DNA from: Candidatus Poribacteria bacterium
Lineage (GTDB): Bacteria; Poribacteria; WGA-4E; WGA-3G
Assembly: GCA_965214095.1 (NCBI GenBank)
Contig: OZ243938.1
Location: 2,720,001 to 2,784,000 of the forward strand
DNA length: 64,000 nt
Reading direction: 5' to 3'
Position numbers and translations under genes: made by a program. Of this stretch, positions 51,405-59,828 are shown one piece after another (the first letter of the stretch is position 1; the number at the start of each line of letters is the position of its first letter). The notes under the pieces are model-generated. The model saw only the letters and a list, made by a program, of their open reading frames with translations, made no database searches and was not told where the DNA came from.

Positions 51405-53864
51405 TTATCCTTTTGTGCCGCGTCGCAAGCGAAACGGTTCGCTTTTGACTATTTCTGTAATCAAGACCGAAAATTTATAATCATTTGTCTCCAATGCGGT
51501 GACAATGCGGTCAATTGTGGGTCTGTCATAATATTCCAAGCCTCTCCCTAAGGCATAGATCAACATCTTTTCTGTTAGACATCGTGTAAATTGTGTTTTT
51601 CTGCCTATTAGAATCTGCTTTAAATCTGAAATGTTTTCAAATGATGTACCGTCAGGAAGTTGTCCGGCAGTATCAATATCTTGTTCTCCATCTTTCTTCC
51701 GATACTTTCCGATTGCATCATAATTTTCCATTGCAAACCCGATAGGATCCATTTTTGCATGGCAGTTTGCACAACCAGGGTCGTCTCGGTGTTGTTCAAG
51801 TCGTTCTCTGAGTGTAGTTCCGGTAATAGCATCGTGTTCTTCTTCCAATTCGGGGACATCGGGTGGTGGTGGAGGCGGTGGCGTGCCGAGTATCTGTTCT
51901 AAGACCCATCGTCCTCGCTTCACAGGGGATGTGCGTTTTGGATTTGATGTTACTGTTAGTATGCTGGCTTGTGTTAGGATACCACCGCGTTTAAAATAGT
52001 TATTTTCATTATTCAAAGCAACACGACGGAATGTGTTCCCTTTTATTGGTTCTCCTTTTTCATCTTTCCAAATCTCATAATGTCCAGACAAACGTTGGTT
52101 GAGAAAGGTGTAGTCAGCACTTAAGAGTTCAAGGATACTCTTGTCTTCACGAAAAATTGATTCCAAAAACAGTTCTGTTTCCTTCAGCATATCTGCTTGC
52201 AATTTGGAATTGAATGTCGGAAAACGTTCAATATCAGGTGTAGCGGTTTCCAGACGTTGAATTTGCAACCACTGAGAACCGAAGTTCGTAGCCAATTCCG
52301 TTGCCTTTGGATCGGCAAGCATTCGTTTGACTTGTTCCTCAAGTGATGCAGTGAGTTGGTTTTTCTCTGCAAGATTGAGAAGTTCATCATCTGGAATGCT
52401 GCTCCATAAGAAATAAGATAGTCGCGAAGCGAGATGGAATTCATCAATCGGTTGTGGTTCTTCGGTTTGAGGTTGGTCATCTAACTCCAATCTGAAAAGG
52501 AATTTGGGAGAACAGAGAATAACTTTAATCGCTTGTTGAATTCCTTCTTCCCACTTTGCACCACCTGCTTGAGTGGATTCCACAAACTGCACGAGTTGTT
52601 CTATTTCCCGATCACTCGGTGGACGACGATACGCTTTGCGGAGCAATCTTGTTAACACTTCGCGTGTCTGTTCCGTTTGTGAAATATCTGGTGTGCAGGC
52701 TAATATCTCAAGGTGTGATTTAGGTCTTGTTTCCAACGGTCCTAACGATGTTATGGCTCGGATTTGGAGTTTTGCTTGTGGTGTCCCATTTTCAGGTTTT
52801 ATCATGGCAATACCGGCATTGTCAATATTTTCAATTCCGCTAACCAGATACCTAATTGTTTGCAGTTTCTTAGGATCCCGTGAAGTAATTTCAAAAATCT
52901 TGAGAATCTTGATTTTGTTATTCGTAGAAGTATCATAACCGACCAACCTTGCGAGTTCATCTTGTGGGGTTACGTCTTCAAGATCCTTGCCTTGAATGTA
53001 GAGTGCGACTTGAACTGGTGTGTCGCTTTCTGTTTCGGCATAGAGTGTTGCGCGGAAGTATGTTTCTACATCGGGTAAAAGTTTGAGAGGTCTTGCTGGC
53101 GTAAAAAATGGTCCGGATTTCCACTGTTCCGTAGCATTTGGATCAAGCATGCGGAAACGTGCATCACGGACATCATTGTGTCGTGGATTAAGATACTTTG
53201 TATTAATATAGTTTGTGGAAGGTTTCGGAGGCTCCAAAACGATGACTCGTGTAGCGATTGCTTCCGCTGCATCAAGATACCTTTCCATAAGTAACGGTGA
53301 CATCGTCAACACATCACCGATATTGTCAAATCCGTGTCCAACATCATCTGCTGGAAAATTGGCAGTCGGGTCAAAATCAGCACCGAGTAAATCACGAACA
53401 CTGTTTCGGTATTCAACCTTGTTGAGTCTGCGGACAGTTATCTTACCGGGATCAGGTTTCGCAGTACGACTTGCTTCTTCAAAAATTGCCTTAACGTGTT
53501 GTACAAAAGCATCTGATTCCTCTATGGCAGGTTGGTCGTTACCTTCTGGTGGCATCTGGCTTGTTTCTATCATGTCAAGCACTCTCTCCCAAACATCGTA
53601 ATCTTTGATTACGGATAGATTGTCTTCATAAGAGTCAAGTGCAAGACCTGCTTCAGGTTGATCGCCGCCATGACAGCCGAAGCAGTACTGCTCTAAGAAT
53701 GTGATTCCGTGTTCTTCAAAACTGTACGTGGTTTTTTCACCGATGCCTTGTTTCAATGAAAAAAATACCAGAGACACAATTAGCAATAGTGATAGTGATA
53801 TGTATCTGTAAAGGGTAGATGCTTTTTTGGATAATATAATGGATTGCAATTTTTGGTACATCAT
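51405..53864 (-). CDS. cytochrome c + DUF1587/1595/1592/1588/1585 multidomain protein
   Basis: CFGCH, RRLNKVEY, LASRLSYFLWSS, TSPVKRG, CANCH, YALGR. Confidence 0.88.
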   Translation of the reverse strand: MMYQKLQSIILSKKASTLYRYISLSLLLIVSLVFFSLKQGIGEKTTYSFEEHGITFLEQYCFGCHGGDQPEAGLALDSYEDNLSVIKDYDVWERVLDMIETSQMPPEGNDQPAIEESDAFVQHVKAIFEEASRTAKPDPGKITVRRLNKVEYRNSVRDLLGADFDPTANFPADDVGHGFDNIGDVLTMSPLLMERYLDAAEAIATRVIVLEPPKPSTNYINTKYLNPRHNDVRDARFRMLDPNATEQWKSGPFFTPARPLKLLPDVETYFRATLYAETESDTPVQVALYIQGKDLEDVTPQDELARLVGYDTSTNNKIKILKIFEITSRDPKKLQTIRYLVSGIENIDNAGIAMIKPENGTPQAKLQIRAITSLGPLETRPKSHLEILACTPDISQTEQTREVLTRLLRKAYRRPPSDREIEQLVQFVESTQAGGAKWEEGIQQAIKVILCSPKFLFRLELDDQPQTEEPQPIDEFHLASRLSYFLWSSIPDDELLNLAEKNQLTASLEEQVKRMLADPKATELATNFGSQWLQIQRLETATPDIERFPTFNSKLQADMLKETELFLESIFREDKSILELLSADYTFLNQRLSGHYEIWKDEKGEPIKGNTFRRVALNNENNYFKRGGILTQASILTVTSNPKRTSPVKRGRWVLEQILGTPPPPPPPDVPELEEEHDAITGTTLRERLEQHRDDPGCANCHAKMDPIGFAMENYDAIGKYRKKDGEQDIDTAGQLPDGTSFENISDLKQILIGRKTQFTRCLTEKMLIYALGRGLEYYDRPTIDRIVTALETNDYKFSVLITEIVKSEPFRLRRGTKG

Positions 53865-53945
53865 AGTTGATAGTTATGTCTTATTTCAAATGTTTTATAG
53901 TTACAATATGATACATTAAGATTGTATAGAATTTCAAAGATATTC

Positions 53946-54941
53946 TTAGGCATTTTTTACAATCAGTAGTTCGTGAGACTTCTTTACGTGTCCTGTTCCA
54001 TTTTCAATCCGATTCTTGCCTATTCGGGTTTCGCCTTGTCCTAATGTGTATTGCCATTGGACTTCAAGAATCTGAAAGTCAGCATACCACTGCCTGATAG
54101 TTTGGCAATCGTTATAAGAAAGAACGAAGCCGTTGTTGTGTTCATGTAACAGGTCTCGTAACAATTCGTGGTTAAACCCTTTGTGATGAACAGGGAAATT
54201 GCGTTGAGGATATATACCTCGGAACATTTCTCCTTCATCAAGATAGTAAGGTGGATCACAATATAGAAAGTCATCTGAATGCATTTGTAGGGTTGCCTCA
54301 AAACTCCCAGTATTAACAGACAAGTTTGGACATCTGAAATTCTGTACAGTTTGCACTGATCGAGTAAATTTTTCTGGAGATTCATAGATCTTTGACATCC
54401 ATCCGAGAAAACCAGGTCCATAAGAGAGATTGTGATTAAACCAATAGTGTGATGCTAACTCCAACGGATTAGAAATGAGTTCCTCATCATTCCAATGTGC
54501 TTTGAGTCGATTCTTTATCTCAACATATTGCGTTTTTGTAGGTTTCCATTTTTTGAGGCGTTCTGCAAGTTCATTTGCGGATGAAAGTTGCACTTGCCAA
54601 TAATTTACGAGAATATCAAAGATATCATAAGCACAAACCTGCATACCGAGTTCTTTTGCACATGCGACTTCAACAGCTCCACCACCAATAAAAGGTGACA
54701 CAAGTTTTTTCACTCCATCAGGAATATGTTCTACTATATGTCCAACCCCAAGGCTCTTTCCACCAGCATATCGTATCGGTAGACCTCTGTACCGCGTATA
54801 TTTATATTTGCCTTTACTTTTGAGGGAATCCAAAAACAAAACTCTTTGAGATGTTCCAAAGAGATTTGACTGAGTTTGTTGTCCGTCTATTTCTTGGTTT
54901 TGGATATGTGTGCCAAGTAGGACAGAATCGGGATTAGACAT
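53946..54941 (-). CDS. DNA adenine methyltransferase (Dam/D12 class), orphan
   Basis: YAGGKS, SPFIGGG, DPPY, LSYND. Confidence 0.88.
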   Translation of the reverse strand: MSNPDSVLLGTHIQNQEIDGQQTQSNLFGTSQRVLFLDSLKSKGKYKYTRYRGLPIRYAGGKSLGVGHIVEHIPDGVKKLVSPFIGGGAVEVACAKELGMQVCAYDIFDILVNYWQVQLSSANELAERLKKWKPTKTQYVEIKNRLKAHWNDEELISNPLELASHYWFNHNLSYGPGFLGWMSKIYESPEKFTRSVQTVQNFRCPNLSVNTGSFEATLQMHSDDFLYCDPPYYLDEGEMFRGIYPQRNFPVHHKGFNHELLRDLLHEHNNGFVLSYNDCQTIRQWYADFQILEVQWQYTLGQGETRIGKNRIENGTGHVKKSHELLIVKNA

Positions 54942-55002
54942 TGAATGGTGTCCATTGAATTTGTTAGATCAAGTAATTGTAGTATGTTTCTTATAGAAAT
55001 GC

Positions 55003-55344
55003 TTGAGTTGAGAATAAGCCGGATTCTGTATATGATGATCATTCATCTGGGATCGATGTTTCCATTGACCTCAAGCGGTTACCCGGGGACAAAGCGGGCA
55101 CACCTTTAAATGTCCCCCATTTTACCTTGCTCCAGATGGGGTTTACCGAGCACCATAAGTCACCTTATGGACTGGTGCGCTTTTACCGCACCGTTTCACC
55201 TGTACACCGTCTTTAAACGTTGTAGTCTGCTTTCTGTTGCACTTTCCATAGCGTTGCCGCTCCTGGGGGTTACCCAGCATCCTGCCCTGTGGAGTCCGGA
55301 CTTTCCTCATTCCATATTGGAACGCGACCATCTACTCAACTCAA
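55003..55344 (-). ncRNA. rnpB: RNase P RNA (type A)
   Basis: GAGGAAAGTCCGGACTC, GGTAAAC, ACAGAATCCGGCTTA, and terminal P1 pairing. Confidence 0.95.
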
Positions 55345-55448
55345 ACGTCTCTTAAGAGTAACATATTTTATGGGTTATTGGCAATATCAATTTTGGATTT
55401 GTGATTTGGAGAGGATTTTGAATTTATGCCGATTCTACCATTCGGACA

Positions 55449-55533
55449 TTGTAGGTCGGGTAGAGGTACGACACCCGACTTTATTGATGATAAATGGCTG
55501 CATGTCGGGTTTCGTTCCTCTACCCGACCTACA
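55449..55533. repeat. family-2 GTAG-REP doublet
   Basis: TTGTAGGTCGGGTAGAGGTACGACACCCGAC ... GTCGGGTTTCGTTCCTCTACCCGACCTACA. Confidence 0.8.
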
Positions 55534-55553
55534 AGATTAGTGTAGACAGAACG

Positions 55554-55898
55554 CTATGTTGTCTGACTCATAGGTTCTTCTTTTATAACGCGTTGTTCAC
55601 CGATCTGATTTTCAGTCGGAACAATACGAATTTCTATATCATATTTCAGGCGAGTCAGAAACGTAAGTAATCGCTCAACACTGTAATGATTAAACTTTCC
55701 ATTCTTAAGCCGAGAGATTTCAGGTTGTTTCACCCCTAACATATCTGCAGCCTCAGTCTGAGTCCACTTCCGATCTTCTATAATCTGAAACACTTCATAT
55801 CCAAGTGTAGCTTTGAGAAATAATTCCTCAGCATCTGGTAGATTGAGATCTGCAAATACATTGCCTGAACTCTTTTCAAATTTAACTTTTTTGCTCAT
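55554..55898 (-). CDS. XRE/HigA-like HTH antitoxin (orphan)
   Basis: SSGNVFADL, TQTEAA.MLGV.QPEISRL, SVERL. Confidence 0.85.
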   Translation of the reverse strand: MSKKVKFEKSSGNVFADLNLPDAEELFLKATLGYEVFQIIEDRKWTQTEAADMLGVKQPEISRLKNGKFNHYSVERLLTFLTRLKYDIEIRIVPTENQIGEQRVIKEEPMSQTT

Positions 55899-56010
55899 AA
55901 TTTTTCTCCTGTTCTTGTGCCATTTTCATCAGTCACACTCCCCGGTAGATGCGGTTTCCTAAACGCATCTATGACACTGAACAAACACTGGTTCGGTTAG
56001 GATACCGAAC

Positions 56011-56181
56011 CATAGGCATCAATTTAGCGTCCTTCCAAGTACCGGTAGGTTCGGTTTCCTAACCGAACTGGCTTTGTGTCAAATACCTTCATAGAGGTTC
56101 TCGCGTAGGATCCGGTTCGGTTAGGAAACCGAACCTACCAGCCTGGAATTATAGCGTAATTCCCTTAAATTGACACCTATG
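56011..56181. mobile_element. 171-bp MITE sharing the IS4 element ends, with 20-bp REP target duplication and internal REP doublet
   Basis: TIR CATAGGCATCAATTTAG / CTTAAATTGACACCTATG; flanks GTTCGGTTAGGA(T/A)ACCGAAC at 55991-56010 and 56182-56201. Confidence 0.9.
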
Positions 56182-56333
56182 GTTCGGTTAGGAAACCGAA
56201 CCCACCGTAGCGTGTAAATAATTATGGTTTTACTATAATGGTATGTTCTCAAATAGGAATGGTATTATATATGATATTGGATTTTCGGACGCACTATTCA
56301 ATCTACAGACTGTACAAATTTGAGAAGAAATGA

Positions 56334-56372
56334 AAGGGACTTACGCTAACCTGCGCGGTTTGCGTAAGCCCT
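56334..56372 (-). terminator. palindrome downstream of nrdJ (possible terminator)
   Basis: AGGGACTTACGC...GCGTAAGCCCT. Confidence 0.45.
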
Positions 56373-56393
56373 AAAATAGAATATTGGAAGGTT

Positions 56394-59300
56394 TTACGAA
56401 CATCCGCTTGTTGCACCGCAATTGGTACATCTATAGCAGATACCGCTTCGGATCATAATTGTGCCGCAATCATGACAAGGTGGCGCGTCGCCATGTCGGA
56501 GTGAGATGAGTTTCTCACGGTCTGCCCACGGGTCTGATTCACCGTTATTCCCGTGTGCGTGTGTCTTTTCAGGGAGTGCCATCTGGTCATCTAATTCAAC
56601 AACATCCGTAGTCCCTTCCTGCGCGTTTGTCGGGAGGAATTCTTTGCCGAGATAACGGAAAACATAGTCAACAATTGATTGTGCCATCGGAATATCCGGG
56701 TTTTGCGTGAAACCTGACGGTTCAAATCGGACATGACTGAACTTATTGACAAGCGATTCTAACGGCACACCGTATTGCAATGCGACAGATATGAGAATCG
56801 CAATAGAGTCCATAAGTCCTGCGATAGTAGAACCCTGTTTGCTCATGGTAAGGAACACCTCACCCGGAGTGTCATCTTCAAAGAAACCGACGCTCATGTA
56901 ACCCTCATGTCCACCTACACTGAACTTATGTATAATACCTTGGCGGGTATCTGATAATCGTCTTCTGATAGGACGTTCACTTGCTTCATCTTGTGTGTTC
57001 TGCTGTGTGCTGGTTGAAAGTGGTTGACTACCTTTGCTTCCATCCCGATAGATAGCAAGGCATTTCACACCGAGTCGCCACGCTTCTACATAGAGTTCTT
57101 TAATATCGTCGACAGTGGCTTCACGCGGCACGTTGACTGTTTTTGAGATTGCCCCTGAGATAAACGGCTGCACTGCTGCCATCAATTTCAAAGGTCCCAT
57201 GTGATAAATAAAACGAGTGCCGTGCTTACCGGATTGAACTGCACAATCAAAAACAGGATAATGTTTAGAAGACAGATGTGGTGCACCTTCAACGGTTCCT
57301 GTTCCACAGATGATCTCCTCTGCTCCTGCTATTTCACTCGCGTTGAAACCGAGATAGGTAAGTAGATTAAATTCTGGGTCGGCTGCTTTCTCTGTGGAGA
57401 TTCCTAACCTGTTAAGGCATTCTTCACCAAGGAAACCAGGTGCGAAAGCGAGGTTGAGATCAAACGCACTTGGTAACATCTCCTCAACATGTGCGATATC
57501 TTCCTCTGTGAAACCTTTGTATTTAAGTGCTTCAGGATTGATAAAAGGAGTGCCTTCGAGCGTCCCTGTGCCAACGATATGTGTAACAATTGCCTCAATG
57601 TGTTGTGGGATGTAGCCAAGTTTTTGCAAAGCATCACGGACGCTTTGGTTGACAATTTTGATGTAACCACCACCAGCCAACTTTTTGAATTTGACGAGAG
57701 CAAATTCGGGTTCTATACCGGTTGTGTCACAATCCATAAGAAGGGCGATAGTTCCTGTTGGTGCGAGCACACTAATCTGTGAATTGCGATACCCCCACAT
57801 CTCTCCATTTTGCTGGCAAATGTCCCAGTCTTCTCGTGCTGCTTCTAAGAGATCAGAGGGACAAGTTGTTGCATCAATTTTATATGCAGCATCGCGATGC
57901 ATATTGATAACCCCTAACATTGAATCGCTATTTTTCGGATATCCAGCAAAAGTGCCGACACTTTTAGCAATTTCTGCACTTGTTGCATACCCGCGTCCAC
58001 TCAGTATAGCGGTAATAGCACCAGCATAACTGCAGGCTTCAGCACTATCATAAGGGATGCCTAAACGCATCAAAAGTGCTCCTAAGTTAGCGTAGCCAAG
58101 TCCGAGCGGACGGTATTCGTGTGAACGTCTTGCGATTTTTGGTGTTGGATAGGAAGACAAGCTAACGATGATCTCCATCGCAGTAATAAAGACACGCGCT
58201 GCTGCTCTGAAACCACCAATGTCAAAGGTGTCATCGTCATTTAGAAACTTGACGAGATTTATGCTTGCAAGGTTGCATGCGGAGTCATCTAAGAAAAGAT
58301 ATTCGCTGCATGGATTACTTGCGTTGATTCTATCAGTATTTTTGCAAGTATGCCATTTCTGAATAGTATCATCAAATTGAACACCCGGATCGGCGCATGC
58401 CCATGCTGCCTCAGCGATCTTATCAACGAGCATTTTTGCATCGTATTCCGCAGCAACTTCACCTGATGTCCGATAGGTTGTTTGCCATTTTTTATCCTGC
58501 AGGTATGTATCCATGAATACATCTGGAATCCGAACCGAGTTGTTACTGTTTTGTCCACTGACTGTGCTGTATGCTTCACCATTGAAGTCAGCGGGATAAC
58601 CTGCTGCGATAAGTGCTTTTGCTTTTTCTTCTTCCTTCATCTTCCAGTCGATGTAATCAACGATTTCGGGATGGTCCATATCTAAAATGACCATCTTCGC
58701 GGCGCGGCGTGTTGTGCCGCCAGACTTAATGCTACCTGCCCATCGGTCAAATCCTTCAAGAAAAGATAACACACCAGAACTTTCCCCACCACTGGAGAGA
58801 TGTTCACCTTTTGCACGAACTTTACTGAAATTAGATCCTGTCCCACTACCATATTTAAAGAGTCGAACTTCAGCCTTTTGAAGTTCCAACATAGAATCAA
58901 GTGAATCATCTACACTTTGGATAAAACATGCTGAGTTTTGTGGGTATTGATATGCGTTTTCTGAAATACTAACTTTCTGTGCTTCTCTGTCCCAGTGATA
59001 ATTTCCGCCACCACCTTTGATCCCATATTCATGAAATAGACCACAGTTAAACCAAACAGGAGAGTTGAAAGCACCACGTTGTGTGACGAGTATATGTGTC
59101 AACTCCATTTCAAAGGTTTCTGCGTCATCAGATGTGGCAAAATAACCACCGATTTCTTCACCAGCACGACGAAGTGTGCGAGCGACACGTGTAACTAATT
59201 GACGAACACTGGTCTCTGATTCAATCTCAGGGATTCCAGCCTTTCTGAAATATTTTGAGGCAGCGATATCCGTGGCGAGTTGGGTCCAAAAAACAGGCAC

Positions 59301-59495
59301 TTCCACTTGGTCCTGTTTGAAGATCACATCACCTTTTTCATTGTAAATGGCAGAGTCCCGATGTTCCCACTCAATCTCATCAAACGGGTGTACGTCTGAT
59401 TTCGTGAAGTGTCGGTCGAAGGCAAGTCCCGTTCCATCGCCTTCTGTCTGATCTGTCACTGCTTCATCAATTTCATTGATATTTTTAGCAGCCAT
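56394..59495 (-). CDS. nrdJ: vitamin B12-dependent (class II) ribonucleotide reductase
   Basis: FNSP, SACFI, NPCSE, ACNL, APTGT, GAISKT, TSCPD-like region, C-terminal CxxC...CxxCG..SGCS. Confidence 0.95.
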   Translation of the reverse strand: MAAKNINEIDEAVTDQTEGDGTGLAFDRHFTKSDVHPFDEIEWEHRDSAIYNEKGDVIFKQDQVEVPVFWTQLATDIAASKYFRKAGIPEIESETSVRQLVTRVARTLRRAGEEIGGYFATSDDAETFEMELTHILVTQRGAFNSPVWFNCGLFHEYGIKGGGGNYHWDREAQKVSISENAYQYPQNSACFIQSVDDSLDSMLELQKAEVRLFKYGSGTGSNFSKVRAKGEHLSSGGESSGVLSFLEGFDRWAGSIKSGGTTRRAAKMVILDMDHPEIVDYIDWKMKEEEKAKALIAAGYPADFNGEAYSTVSGQNSNNSVRIPDVFMDTYLQDKKWQTTYRTSGEVAAEYDAKMLVDKIAEAAWACADPGVQFDDTIQKWHTCKNTDRINASNPCSEYLFLDDSACNLASINLVKFLNDDDTFDIGGFRAAARVFITAMEIIVSLSSYPTPKIARRSHEYRPLGLGYANLGALLMRLGIPYDSAEACSYAGAITAILSGRGYATSAEIAKSVGTFAGYPKNSDSMLGVINMHRDAAYKIDATTCPSDLLEAAREDWDICQQNGEMWGYRNSQISVLAPTGTIALLMDCDTTGIEPEFALVKFKKLAGGGYIKIVNQSVRDALQKLGYIPQHIEAIVTHIVGTGTLEGTPFINPEALKYKGFTEEDIAHVEEMLPSAFDLNLAFAPGFLGEECLNRLGISTEKAADPEFNLLTYLGFNASEIAGAEEIICGTGTVEGAPHLSSKHYPVFDCAVQSGKHGTRFIYHMGPLKLMAAVQPFISGAISKTVNVPREATVDDIKELYVEAWRLGVKCLAIYRDGSKGSQPLSTSTQQNTQDEASERPIRRRLSDTRQGIIHKFSVGGHEGYMSVGFFEDDTPGEVFLTMSKQGSTIAGLMDSIAILISVALQYGVPLESLVNKFSHVRFEPSGFTQNPDIPMAQSIVDYVFRYLGKEFLPTNAQEGTTDVVELDDQMALPEKTHAHGNNGESDPWADREKLISLRHGDAPPCHDCGTIMIRSGICYRCTNCGATSGCS

Positions 59496-59828
59496 AATTT
59501 ATCCTCCTTATGTCAAAATTGTAACAGAATCGTGAGATAGTTGCAAGGAAAAAAATGAAATATTCTGACTATAAGTTATCTAAAAATTTCTGAATTGCAT
59601 AATGAATTCAATAGCAGCATAACTTTACACAATTTTAGTAAATATAAAAATAATGTATAGAAAAAAGTCAGCATAATTTCTGTGCACTCAAGTTCAAGAT
59701 ATAACGTTAAATATGGGATATTTGGAACAGATTTGATTGGGGAAAATGAATTAATATGGTAACTGATAGGTGGATTTATTGTGTCGGAGTGATTGCGGTA
59801 AAGCAACTGAATGTGCGCGAGGTGACAA

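Noticed and set aside
53946-54941. Restriction-modification system
   Set aside because: No adjacent endonuclease gene, so it is treated as an orphan methyltransferase.
55110-55540. Short ORFs overlapping rnpB and REPs
   Set aside because: These are shadow ORFs on a structural RNA or repeats.
55944-56209. CRISPR-like cluster of repeated palindromes
   Set aside because: The repeats alternate in orientation with irregular spacing and no cas genes are present. REP + MITE structure explains the cluster.
59496-59828. Cobalamin riboswitch or NrdR box upstream of nrdJ
   Set aside because: No B12-box motifs were seen. There is only a weak partial NrdR-like match near 59693-59707.
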